Assembly: GCA_030704615.1 (NCBI GenBank) | Contig: CM060732.1 | Coordinates: 13,268,001-13,332,000 of the forward strand | Reading direction: 5' to 3' | Origin: Takakia lepidozioides | Lineage: Eukaryota; Plantae; Bryophyta | DNA length: 64,000 nt | In this document: piece after piece, positions 36,392 to 49,467 of the stretch | How positions within the stretch are numbered: position 1 is the first letter of the stretch | Layout: every line of letters starts with the position of its first letter | Notes under the pieces: generated by a model | Told to the model about the DNA's origin: nothing | The model's database searches: none | Seen by the model: the letters and a program-made list of their open reading frames with translations, nothing else | Made by a program: the position numbers and the translations under genes

Positions 36392-39300
36392 TCAAAAGCC
36401 AGCACCATGGACAGTTTCCCCTATTGTGGTGCCAACAGAGGGACCACCGGTACGGTATGCATACAAATGCTCGATGGCTACCCCCGCAATTTTATGGGCT
36501 GTTATACCCAGATCCACCAATCCCAATGCTGTTCCCCATCCAAAATCACAACATAAACATCTTTCAGTAAGAGCTTCACATCACTAATTTCCCCACAATG
36601 AGGACTGTCGGTATGGCACACATACCAACTAACACCTATAACATGTACAGAAAGAGGTGTCCGTTATTTCACACATAAGGTGCACCATGGCGAGAATGAC
36701 CCTTTAACTCTTCTGGAAAGCCTTTCCTCTGGATATGCTGATTGACAGCTACTTAACGCAATCCTCCAGCAAGCGTTCATGTCAAGACCTCTTGAGAGTA
36801 CGAGAGAAGGTGAATGATATCAGGGCCCGGAAGAGAAAGGAAACCACATGATCAACTCCAAGAGGGAAGAGGTGAGATAATACCATCTGGAGAAACAACA
36901 GAATCAACAGCCTGTTGGTCCAGGTAATCCTTGTAAAAAGTTGGTGAAAAAGGAATCGGAAAACCTTGCTTCAACAAGAGCTCCCGCGGAAGTGCAGCCA
37001 GCTGGACACATGAAACAACAAAGCTTGGACCAAAGCAAACCAGAAACTCCAAACACAAGGCTAACGCATTGTTGTGGTCCTACAAAGACGGAACTGGTAC
37101 GAATTGATCCTTCATAACTATGATGGAATGACTCAAGTAGATTGCCAGGAGATAAAAGAAACTATGAAATACCTTGGCAATAGACATCGGAATATGGAGA
37201 ATACGTGGATGCTCACGGATGGTATCAAACATTAAGTGAACCTGCAAAAATCAACCTTAAAGCTCTGTATGTCAACTGGGCTAATCAGATGTACAACAAG
37301 TTGATATTACTGACAAGATGCAGTCTGCTGTTCCCACCCATAGTACTCCTATTTCCCCCTAGAAATAACTGAAGTCGAATACAAATGCAGCACTCACTCC
37401 AAGGCTAAAACTGAAATTAGTCATAGCTATTGAGTGAGGGCCTCTACAGAACCAAGCAATTGCAGAAGTAGAGCTGCAGCAGCTTACAACTGCTTGAGCA
37501 CCCACATCTGCAGTGACACTCACAGAAGTAACGGCACAGAAGAGCATCCTTGAACTTTGTGATTGGGGCTCAAAGGTCATTATGCAAAGAAATGCAAGTA
37601 CCTCCTAGATCTGTCTTACATCTTAGCATGTATTTTCAAAATCTATTTCCTCCCAAGGCATTCCATAATGTCGTAAGGTTTAAGTTTTCATTTTTACTGT
37701 CAAGTAGACCCCAAGGACACTGCAAATAATATTCCTTAAGCATCTTTAGGTAGGGGTACGGGATGTACAAGTTCATTGACAGTGAAAACATCAGGTCCTC
37801 CAAGCTCAAAGGTCTTGCCCATGCTGAAGCCCTGGTCTCTGACAGATGCTACGATAGCGGCTGCCACGTCTATCACAAGCACAGGCTGCAACCTGCCAAC
37901 CATAACCACAACAAAATATATTGCTGTGTCATGCCATGAAGTAGGTACTCTTTCATGTCAGTCGGTGTACAGGTCAGAGACAGAGAGAAACAGACAATCC
38001 ACAGTTCCTTCTTAGCTTTTGTGGCACTCCCCACATTGACCTTGCAACGCCCTCATGCCCAACATCCTCATCCCCAAGAACAACACAGGAAATCAACAGG
38101 ACACAGTCGCATAGACTGCGAGTACAAACCTCTCTTGCCTGTAAAGGGCTGCCCTGTTTTCAAACAAGGCCTACGACCCATGAAGAATTCCCACAAGAAA
38201 TCATTTGACAGTATCTGGGAGCATCGAGGTTACTCAACAGATCAAACATGATGAGGTGAGGGCTGCTTTCCAATGCCACATGCTCCATAAACTTACATTA
38301 CATAGCCTAGGTGGCTATTCTACCAGTTGTTAGGGAAAGGCACATGCAGTTGGAAAGTTAACTCAAACTACAATCAAGGCATGTTCAACCATCCAAAAAT
38401 CGCCACTTTGACTCCACAAAACACGCTTCCATAAACTGATTTGAGAATGTTACAGTTGTTCTCTCAGAAGTAATTGCAAATAAACAATCTACGGTTGACC
38501 CTGTAGAGCCATACAATTTTAAGAACCTCTTTCAGTCTAAAGGCCATGGAAACAACAAAACAGCAGAGAGGAATGCGTACTTGTTGCGGCCATCCCCAGG
38601 GATAGGCACGACAGGAAGTTTCTTGGCTTGGGCTGCCCATCTGTTCAACAGCCGGTCTTCGGTGCCCACCAGCAAAGATGACCTCATTATGGTAGCCTGC
38701 ACCACTCCCAGCTCCGTTAGTCAGGCCTGAAAACCTGACAGGCGTAAGATATCTTATGTAATGACAGGCTATCGCCCTTCATGTCAGCAAGTGAACGAAG
38801 AGGACAGTACAAAATAATACAGAAGATTGCAAAAGCTGAGAAAGAAAGAGACCTCAGGAAAGTTCTGCGTTGTCACTTGTTCACCGGCAGCCTTGGTGCG
38901 TAACAACTTGGAGGGGGAATCTGGCGATGCACCTAGGGATGACACTTGGATATACTTAGTGATGCCTCCATGCTCCTTTGCCAGCTGCCACGGCAGAACA
39001 TCCATACCATATTTTCACAAGAACTATATAGAGCAAATTGGGCTGAAAGGAGAACCAGTATATTCGAGAGCATCAGTTATGGACTTCAGGTACTGCACCT
39101 ACTGGTCCACCCAATATGCCAACTTCGAGATGCCAACACATCAGGATTCACAACTAGCGACAAATCAAGCATCCAAACACCCACTAGGGCGTTGATTATA
39201 ACCAGCAGACAGGGAACGAACTGCCCTTTTGCATGTCAACCACAACTCCAGAGAATGTCAGTATCGCTAGTAAGTACCCGTGACAGAAGATCAGCCGCAT

Positions 39301-42300
39301 GAAAGTTGACATCCTCGAACTTGAAATTGCGTGTCTCATACTCCTTTCCTGCCATTTGTAAAAGGAATTGACAAGAATTGATGACAACATAGCTAGGTCA
39401 CGATTCCTTTGAATTAGTTGACTTTCGGACACCTTACTGGCTGCAGTTGCTTTATGCAAAAGAACAAAAACATGTGGATCTGGGGAATAATTAGGGATTC
39501 TCCACTTACCAATGCAATTTATTACAATGTTGGAACCTGCAATAGTTGTTTTGATGGACTCCTCATCCCTTACATTGTACCTGATGGGCACAATCTGACC
39601 TTACATCACAAGAAGAACAAAGACAGTGAGAAGGCCAGACACAGCAGTCTCGTACCTGCACAAGAGAGATATACTCCTATATATTCCCTGCAAGTTGGCC
39701 ACAGATGTGAACTCTTTATATCTACAAAGGAGCAGAGAAATTGATTATGCCAACAAGAGGCCAGAGAGAAAGTCATAAAGATAAAATAAAACTTTACAGA
39801 ACCTCAAAGCAAAAAAGAGAGAGAGACAGAGAGAGGGTAGTGGGTTTATGTGTCTGTGTATACTGCATGTATAGAGAGAAGTAAATTGCTTCCAAAAAAA
39901 TGAGGTGTGCACCACACTAGACAAAGTGGGGCATGATACAAAAAGGGGAAAATAGGGGAAAATAGGAAAAAGAGGATAGAACCTGTCCCAAGTCACCCAT
40001 TAGCTTGAGATGCCTCCATTCCTCATCCACCCCTCTGAAGGGTACAATGACCTGGGACCCCATCCTTGCTGCAACGTACAACAACCATATCAGCAACTGC
40101 TGATTCCCTATTCTTACTTCTCAAAATGCAAAAGGGTACTCACCTCTCTTTCTCATCCTGACCCTGTGAAGGAGAGTAGCAGCTGAAATTTTGACAAAAT
40201 GGTAGAACTTTCCAATTGAAATGTCTTCTTACTCAACCTCACAGATGTTTGGGTAGATGAGGGATATCCTAGGCTTTGATACTTGAAAGAGATTGTCTTT
40301 AAGTGAATTTGAAGCACCAAGAGAAAGGACGCGATTTTACCAAGCTGCTGAACAACGTAACGCCCTAGGAAGCCAGTAGCTCCAAATACGGTTGCGACCA
40401 CCCCACTATACACAATCCATACACAGTTCCCACCTTCTCTTGAAATAAGCTCAAGTCCAGAAAGATTACACACCAACTAGTTTAGAATTTGCTTGGTTTT
40501 CATGATTAATCTTTATTCATTTACAATAGAGAGAAACCAGTCATCACCAGACATATCCTCACCTGTCCCATCCAGAAAGTGTGAGATATGCATGCTGAGA
40601 TGAAGATACAATAACATACACAATTGAACCCTAAACTTGCGGGCTGGATCAATTGAAGGCTGATTGGCAGCCACACAAAAAGGACAGATAAAACAGGAGG
40701 GAACATTTCGCGAACAAATCAGATGAGAGATGATGTACTCTTAAAACATTGCTGCCTGTAGGCCTGTTCTCATAGACTCAGTGGACAGAGCACAAAGCAG
40801 GGGAAGGGGACAGGAGGAAAGCAGAAACAGGGCTACTACTGTTGCAGAAGGCTCCCTCCTGTATTGGCAAATGCCATAGCCTTGTTGCTGTAGACCCTGG
40901 GCCTAGTTTGGACGGACCAGGGATGCCCAAGGAAAGAGAGAAAAAACTCGGTCGCCACCCTTAAGGAAGGCTCACTCCACCAGTGAAACTTATCTTACAG
41001 AAATAAAGGTGATTTCAGCCTTGCAGGCTTTCTCGAGAAAGATAGGATAGCATTAACGAGATATGAGTATTCAACCCAAGGTTTAGATCCATGGCCAACC
41101 ACAGCTCTTCTCAAACTGAGCAAACAGAGGTGCAGTAACAGTCTGACTGATGATTTCCAAGAGGGCCTCTGGATCAGAAGAATACCCTTTACAATGAAGC
41201 AGAAAGTGTCAATTATCTCACACCCTCTGCCACAAGGTTTTCCCGGCTGGAAGTACTGTGGGCAGGAAGGCCTATTCTCAGTCACCAGTGTGAGGAAGTC
41301 CTTTCAATTGTTGGTGAGTCATAATTGAACAACGAGATTACAAAGAGAGAGAGAGGGAGATGTACTCATAAGACTTCGTTTGCCGTAGCCTTTCTGGCCA
41401 TAGACCCGCACCCAGTTTGGCCGAACAAAAGGGACCAGAAACTACCTTTGGGAGGGGCTCACCCGGGTAGTATGACTGACCTTGATACAAAAATATATAT
41501 ATATGATGTCAGCTGGAGCTAGCATAAATAAGAGCCTCCACCCCTTGCGGTACTGCCCCTTTCAGGGGTGGGCTCTATCAAAACCGGAACCACCTCAGAT
41601 ACAAACAATTAGTTTGGGCTTTCCAGATATCCTCTAGGAAGCCCTTCACACAAGCATCCATCTGCTGTGTGTGAGCAGCCCAAACTGTGAGGGAGTACCC
41701 ATTGGGTTGACAGGGATAATCATCCAGAGAGAACACATTCCAAAGACGCAAAAATAGGAATTGTTTTAAAGGGGGGAATAGAGAATGTACTCATAAGAAG
41801 TTGTTTTGCCATAAACCCCACACCTGGTTTGTGGGAAACAAAAGGGAACAGACACTACCGTGGGCCCCACCATGATATAAACCATTGGTTTCCTCGAGGA
41901 AGCCCCTCACACAAGCATCTATCTGTAGTGTGTGATTTTGCCCAACAGGGGAAGAGATTGTACTCATAAGACGTTGTTTGCCGTAGCCTTGTGGCCATTG
42001 ACCCCGCGCCCAGTGTCGAGCGGGAACAAAAGGGACATAACCTACCTCTGTCAGGGGCTGACGTTGGTAGTAAGACTTACCTTCATATATAGAATTAATC
42101 CGGGTTTTCCAGATATCCTCTGGAAATCCCTTCACACAAGCATCAATCTGCTGTGTGTGATTTGCCCAAAAACTAGGCCTCAGGAGGGCCTGGGCTTTTG
42201 GCTCAGCCTCGAGACTTTCAAAGTTGGTAAACAGGGGTACAGGCACAATTCCCTTGATAGATTTGAAGAGAGCGTCTCTTTGGTGAGAGAACCCCGGACA

Positions 42301-45300
42301 GTGTATCAGAAAATGAATACTGTCTTCAGATTGCCCACACAACGGGCAATTGCACTCTCCCTTTCCTCTCTGCTTCTGTTTGCTGTTCAAAGGTAGGCTT
42401 CCTGCCCTGAGTTTAAATTTCAGTCTAGTGCCGAGAGTGGGTAGACCCTTGAGGTCATCCAAGATGTCCTCCCCCATGTCACAGACTGGAAACAAGTTCA
42501 GGGAAGTTTTCTGCCTAACTTCATTTTCATCAGACAATCTCATGGCAACAGACATGGCTGAGGACACTACAGCCTCTAAGTCAGATTTATCCAGCAGGGT
42601 CAAGACTTGCGGATCCAGGTCCAGGTCCTTGAGGATCTCTTCTACTCTCTTCTGCCAGGACTTAGCCTGTTTGACAGGGCGGTCCTGTTTCCAAGATATA
42701 GAGTCGATTAACTTAGGATATCTGGTGTTGGGCATATGTTGCAGCTGACCCCACCATCTGACCTTGAATTCATCTCGTCGGGAGCTTAAGGACGGAATGC
42801 CAAACTCACCCCGAACAGCCACATTGGCTGTTTTGGAGCATGCTGACATACACTCCTTAAGCACCCCCACTTGAATGGATTCTAGAGACTTAGCCTGGTT
42901 GGAGTTATCAACCCATATAGCAGATCCGTACTCCAAGGCAGGTCTAATAACGCGACAAAGCATGGTTTTCTTAACCTCAGAGGTGACCCCTCTGCAGTGG
43001 AAAAATTTAGTGAGCCCCAGAGCTTTGCCCTTGCCAGTTTGAACAACTTTCCGGATATGTGCATCCCAATTACAATTGGAGGAGAACTCCCAGGTAAGTG
43101 TAGGAAGGGAGGACCGGGATCTCTTGGCTACCCCACTGCCACTTAAGATCACTTCCTCCCTCTCCTCTGTCGTTGAATGCTACCACTGCACATTTGCTGA
43201 CATTAGCCTCTAGCCCCCAAAGATCAAAGTATCTCTTCGCGCAATCAATCAATTCCTGGAGATTGGTTGGAGTCTCCCCTATGCCTGCGAAGTCATCCGC
43301 AAACATAAGGGCTGGTATGGTGGTATCACCCACCCTTAACCCAAATCCCTCACTTTCCACATCCTCGAGGAGTTAATTGATGAAAACATTGAAGAGTAGA
43401 GGGGAGAGAGTACATCCTTGAGCTACACCTTGGTCTATGTCAAAGAAGTTGGACTTCTGTCCATTAACAGTGACACAGCTTTTGGTGTGAGCATACAAGT
43501 TGTGGACAACTCTCCACATCTTTCCCTTGATCCCACAAGACCAGAGGCGGAACCATAGGCCATCTCTCCACAGTGTCATAAGCCTTTTTGACATCCAGGA
43601 AAAAGACATAAGTGGGTTTCCCTTCTTTTTTCCTTCCCTGGATAATCTGGCTTAGAGTGAAGATATGATCCACACAGCCCCTGTTTCGCCGAAAGCCAGC
43701 TTGGCCTTCGTGGAAACAACCTCTAGACTCCAGATCAACCTCGAGACGAGTACTTATAACTCTGCAGAATGTCTTGCCAACAGCATTGAGGAGCGTGATG
43801 CCACGGTAGTTCCCCGGTTCTTCTCTGTCACCCTTCTTGTATAGATTGACAATGACCCCCTGTCGCCAGCGAAAGGGGATCATTTCAGTCTTCCAGATAA
43901 GGTTAAAGAGGAGAACTAGGGCCTCTATCATGGGATCGCCACCGTGTTTGATAAGCTCGTTGACAATACCATCAGGTCCACCAGCTTTATATCCATTTAA
44001 ATGTTCAATTGCATCCACAATCTCAGAAGAACTAATGGGAGCATTATAAGCCATTGAAATATACTCCAGTTCATCAGGGCTGTTTTGAATCATAGGAACA
44101 ACATTGCCAATATATTCAGGTAGTGAGGTGTCTTGTCATTTGTATCTTACTCTTAGAGGATGGCACTAATATTCCCATATCATGTCCATGTGTAGGCTAA
44201 GACAAGTGGTCGTCCTCCACTTCTATTCTAACTGTGTCCCTCCATTCAGCAGAAGACCCCTCACTGTTAGACCTAGAAGTTCTGCCAAGGATACTGTAGT
44301 GAGTTTCAAAGGTTTTGACAATGTCAACCGATGAAGTCACCACTGCACCTTTAGTAGTCTTCAGCGCTTGTACTTGCTGACCGTTTTTCGGCTTGTACAA
44401 ACGTTGAAGGGCCAACCAGAATTTCTTGTCATTACCACCATGGTGGTTTGAGTTCATTTCACTGTATAACTTGTCCCAGTATAATTTCTTCTGAGACCTA
44501 ACAAGCTGATTGATATCTTTACGGAGCTGGTAGTACCTCACCCACAATTCTCTGTTGGTTTCCAAATTGCAGCACTCTTTATAGAGGGCTCGTCTCTCAG
44601 CTATCTTGAGTTTAATCTCATTAGTCCACCAATTAACTGCTCTACCGCAGACAATTAGTTTCCTCCCAATGATCTTGTCAGCCACGGAGGAAACGAAACT
44701 CTCCCAAGAGTCCACTGCCCTTTCGACTTCATTTCTTGCGTTAACAGAGCGTGACTGAAGTTCTTGGAGCGATCGGACAAAATGAGGGAGAGCCTCTTGC
44801 AAGGCCTGGACGTACTCAGCCTTGACCTCCTCATTGTGGAATTTTTCTATGCGCCACTTCCGAATCGAACGTTTCACAGATCTCTTGGTGGTGGGAAAAC
44901 ACCTTTTGATCTCAGTCCAAACCAGGAAGTGGTCAGAGGTACCAATATCAGTTCTGTCGATCAACACATTGGCACACTGGGGGAACAAAATTTTGTCCAT
45001 TATGATATAGTCCACAATGGAACGTTCCCCAGTTTGGGATTTCTCACGAGTCCACTGCACTTGGTCACCTCTTGTCCTGTTATTCAAGGTCAAAAGCTGA
45101 AGCTCTTCTAGACAGTTAATTAACCGTCTGCCATTAGAATTCAGCTCGTCCTCACCAAAAGGTCCAATGGTATCGTCCTGATGGATCCCTTTGCCCACCC
45201 GGGCATTGAAGTCCCCCAATAGTACCACCTGACCTTTGGCAAGGAACGAAGCACAGTCCAGCTTTACATCTTCGAAGGCCTTGTCTGCGTCAGCACTAAG

Positions 45301-45828
45301 GGTCCCCTCTGTGGGCATGTAAACACAACCAACAAAGAGGTCCTTTGTACTCATGCCGCCCTTCAAATTCAGTTTTAGCCAGATACTATGCTCGTACCTC
45401 AAACCCTTGTTGATAATTTCACAATTGTCAAACAAGAAATCACGGACAAAGAATCCGACCCCTTTTTGACCGCGTTTGGCAGAGGCTGCCTTGAGAGTAC
45501 ACATCTTACCTGCCCATTTATAACCAATGACATCTTCAACCAGTTTATCCGACGTTTCCCATGTTTCTTGCCCAGCACAGATATGAATATCATTAGTCCG
45601 AAGAACTTGTCCCACTTCAAGTTGTTTCCTTTGGTTGGTCAACCCTGAGAAGTTGAAAGTGGCCAGCCGCAAGCCAGCCCTTTGCGTGTGAATTGTTTGT
45701 CGTCTAGGTAGCTTGTGATTGCTCCTGGACGGCCAACCGTTCTGCAAAGGGGGGACAGTTACCCCATGTGTAGATTTTGCTCATCTTGTGTAAACTTTGA
45801 GAATTGGTAAACCATTCAGGAGAACAGG

Positions 45829-45883
<55 letters not shown>

Positions 45884-46786
45884 AAGGAAAAAAGATGGGA
45901 AGCAATTCCACCTGACAGATGATCTTCCTCCAGTACCCCTCTTACTGGGATGTTGACTGCTCCTCACTGCAAGGGAGGAAGAGGGGCGGACAGCTCCATT
46001 CCACAGGTCTGCAAATGCTTTGTGGTTAAGATCACCAGGTTCAGTCTCTGGATTTCAGGTCTGATAACGCAAGCTTCTGAGCTAACCTAACAACAATGCC
46101 CCACAGAAGTCCCCAGAAAAGAGGCCATATCCTGCCCAAACAAGGCAGGCTATGGTTTTGTCTCACACTCCCTTTGGGGTCTGTCAGCCTCGAGCATATT
46201 ACGGTTTAAATAATTTCGTTAATCGTATCCCCCCTCTCTCTCTGTCTCTCCCCCTCTCCAACCTTCCCCCACCCCGTGCGAGAGCATTAATTAATAGACA
46301 ATTATCCCTCCTCCTTGCGAAGCAACAGAGCAGTGAAGAGTGATGCGATCACGAGAGTTTAGCTGACGTGGGTCTTTGAAGTCGTATCAGCCAGTGCTCT
46401 GGGTGGTGGTCCCATTTGTAATTGACCATGGGAATGAGCTCAACTTCGGTTCCATATCGACTGCTTCATTTCGGTGCATCTTATGCTCGACCCGTATATA
46501 ATTACAATCCAGTGCACTGGAAACCGAATGTGCTTCTATTCCCGAAATTTGGACACACATTCAGTTCAATCCGGATCCATCCCATGAGTCACCCAACATC
46601 CCCACATCACAAATCCACTAAGAAAGCAAATCGTCCCACCTCCTCAACTTTCAATATCTTGAGACAGCTCTACTTACCAGAAGAAGGCTCAACCACAACA
46701 TGAGGATCCAGAGAATCGTGGAGAGATGGTGCAGAGAAACGCAAACCCAGCAGACGAGATCGCCCCGCCTTGCCCACCGCCTGCAT
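36392..46786 (-). CDS. NDUFA9: NADH dehydrogenase (ubiquinone) 1 alpha subcomplex subunit 9 (39-kDa subunit), about 12 exons
   Basis: Spliced exons give KRGTGGRSSVS|GVVATVFGATGFLGRYVVQQL|ARMGSQVIVPFRG..LKLMGDLGQ|..YETRNFKFEDVN..GTEDRLLNRWA..LQPVLVIDVAAAI..FELGGPDVFT..YRTGGPSVGTTIGE..GAGF*. Confidence 0.95.
41345..41943 (-). mobile_element. Two older short 3'-end copies of the same LINE stacked at the same site
   Basis: The 3' terminus tgtactcataag recurs at about 41361 and 41786; gcccttcacacaagcatc-type sequence recurs near 41641 and 41902. Confidence 0.75.
41958..45822 (-). mobile_element. Near-full-length single-ORF LINE (APE endonuclease, RT, C-terminal Cys/His finger; RTE/RTEX-like), frameshifted, in NDUFA9 intron 2
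   Basis: APE: ATFNFSG, GQETW, LLGDFNAR, VDYI, SDHFLV. RT: KAGGPDG, NYRGITLL, QAGFR, FLDVKKAYDTV, GVAQGCTLSPLLFN, MFADD. Finger CPLCGQSEDSIHFLIHC. 14-bp TSD AACAGGGGAAGAGA at 41944-41957 and 45823-45836. Confidence 0.93.
45832..45880. repeat. (GA)n microsatellite overlapping the LINE TSD
   Basis: Direct observation. Confidence 0.95.
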
Positions 46787-47276
46787 TGTGTACAGCCTGC
46801 AATTTCGCTTCCAAAGATTCCCCCTCCGATTGTCTTCCCCTCTCTTTTCTCTCTCCCTCTTCCCTTTCCTCAGTTTCACCGACGAGTCCACTGCACTACC
46901 TATCTGACTATGGTCAAGCTTATAGCTTCACTGATTAGGGTAATCTGCTATGTTCCCATCCAATAGAGCATAAAGAGAACTCCTTTGGGAACTCGGTAAC
47001 CTGGAAGGATGACAAGCTGCACTGCAAATCCCTGTCTGTGGATCTGAGTTTGGCCCACCAGCGGAGGGCTTCAGCGATTCTCTTCGGCCATATCAAGTAG
47101 AGTCTTCACTTGGGTCACTCAAAAATAGTGTCAGGAAACACTGGGTGGAAAGAACATTAGGTGGCATCCTCTTTCTCTGTTTTCTGCTGCCGGATTGTGG
47201 CCTTGATTTGGTGTCGGACATCGAGGTGTGTTTGCTTCCAACACCGTTTTTGTTTCCAGACAATTTGCAGCGCAAC
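46787..47276. promoter_or_regulatory. Probable bidirectional promoter and 5' UTR region, NDUFA9/CRIPT
   Basis: Head-to-head start codons 490 bp apart; site II-like TGGCCCA near 47051. Confidence 0.55.
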
Positions 47277-48323
47277 ATGGTGTGCGAAAAGTGTTAAGTG
47301 CCCTCACCGCCCTTTCATATTTTATCAGTTTTGCATTTGTGATGCTGTATGTTTGCTGAATAGTGTGTGTTCTCTAATTCCTCGTTATTCCGGTCTTTAC
47401 TTTTATTCGGCATGTGTTTTCTGACGAAGATCGAGGGGAATGAGTTGGCTTCTTTTTTAGTAACTCGGTAGTCAGGGATTTTGGATCTGCTTACTTCCAC
47501 TTTCTGAGCAGTGATCCGAAGTAGGGTTAAGGTTATAGTGCTTAGAGCTCGCTTTCTGGCCCACAGACCCTGGGGTGCTTCCTTGTAAGCAATTGCAACG
47601 TTCTGTCATGAGTGATTGGTTAGGTGAGCGTGTGCATGAGCCTCCCTGGACATATGGCCCATCATGAGCACAACGAGATTTGTGATGGCTCCAAACTGGC
47701 TGCAGGAACAAGCAGCCTGTTCAACTTGGCAGCATTGAGTTTCATGACAACTTTTCCTGTTTACAAACAAAGGCCACTGACAAGAATGGTTGATGGTTGC
47801 AATCACCATTGGCATAGTTATTGGGTTGACAGCCTCTAAGAACTTGTAGTGATGACCAACCCTTATGAAAGGCATCAAACCTCCTTCGATCATGCCCACC
47901 ACTGTACTGTGGACTCTGTTTGTTGGTTATCGACTATATCAGATTTAGAGTAGCGAGACTAACAAGGTGGAAGGTATTGGAGCAGGCCAGAAGAAGCTGA
48001 GTAAAGTCATAGTGCCTGACAAATGGAAGGAAGGTGCAAGCAATACTACTGAAGGTGGGGGCCGCAAATTGAATGAGAACAAGCTTCTTAGTAAAAAACA
48101 CAGGTGTGTCCTCCTTCTCTGCGCTAGTCTGTCATCGTCATGTTAGCAATTGGAAAATATAGGACTAGAAGAACGGCCACAGTGGGCTTGAGCTTCCTTT
48201 ACTCTCCTCTTCCTTCTCTCTCTCTGAAAGTGACATACTTAGTTATTGGGGGCAAGACTGTCAGTAGAAGCAATCACTCTGCAGGAAATAGTCTATTAGC
48301 ACACACACACACACACACACACA

Positions 48324-48357
<34 letters not shown>

Positions 48358-49467
48358 GCAAATCACACACAGCAGATTGATGCTTGTGTGAAGGGATTTC
48401 TAGAGGATATCTGGAAAACCCGGATTAATTCTTTATATGGAGGTAAGTCTTACTACCAACGTCAGCCCCTGACAGAGGTAGGTTCTGTCCCTTTTGTTCC
48501 CGCTCAAACTGGGCGCGGGGTCAATGGCCACAAGGCTACGGCAAACAATGTCTTATGAGTACAATCTCTCTCTCTCTCTCTCAGATTACGACAGAGGCAT
48601 GAAGGTTTGCAATACTGTACCAATGCCTGCGATCTACATGGTTACCTCCAGCTGTGCAGGCTGCCATGTGGCTTTCTGCTCAACACCACCTCACAGCCAG
48701 GATAATTTGATCATTCTAGATGTTAAGGGCAACGTGAGTTCCAGGTCATATGGTAACCTTAGTCTTAGGAACTGCCATGAAGAGGTGGTATTTTTAGACT
48801 GCAGCGTGTGTCATGTGCCTTGCTAACTAGCTTCCACACTCTTTGCTAGGGGTTTAGGGTTGGGACTTGTGGATTGTGATTCTCGTGGAATTATTCACCT
48901 GTGTTAGACATGGAAAAGCGTAGAATATTTGAGGCATGACTTCAGCTCTCATTTTACACCTTGTAGCTGCCCTAATGAGAGCAGTATCAATATTCTGGCA
49001 GTTTTCCTGCTGTGTCAACGGGTAGGTGCTACAGTGGCCAGTGTAGCATGAACATGTCCTCACCAAGGTACTGTGGATATTGCCAAGGATCAAGACACAT
49101 TATACAATTGTCAATGGTAAATTTCGGGCTCAATTGATTCTCAATGTATCACGAATTCTATTTTGATCTTAACCTTGGATTTACTGTGGGTGCCTATGTA
49201 GATGGACCCCATATGGCACGACAAAGTGTGTGATATGCAAACAACAGCTGCACCAGGAGGCAAAATATTGCCAGTCTTGTGCCTACAAGAAAGGTATGCC
49301 TTTCTGGTGATAAGACAAAAAAAAGTTCATTTCGGACGATGAGAAGTGGAAGTACTTGATCTTAATCCAATATCTGCTGACACTTCGGTGGTTGGCTTAC
49401 AGGTGTGTGTGCCATGTGTGGAAAACAAGTTTTGGACACAAGTTCGTACAAGCAAAGCAATGTATAA
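47277..49467 (+). CDS. CRIPT: Cysteine-rich PDZ-binding protein (CRIPT), 4 exons
   Basis: MVCEKC|QKKLSKVIVPDKWKEGASNTTEGGGRKLNENKLLSKKHR|WTPYGTTKCVICKQQLHQEAKYCQSCAYKK|GVCAMCGKQVLDTSSYKQSNV*. Confidence 0.95.
48356..48566 (+). mobile_element. ~210-bp 3'-end copy of the LINE between two (CT)n tracts in CRIPT intron 2
   Basis: Near-identical to the reverse complement of about 41958-42167; (AC)n(TC)n before and (TC)n after. Confidence 0.9.
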
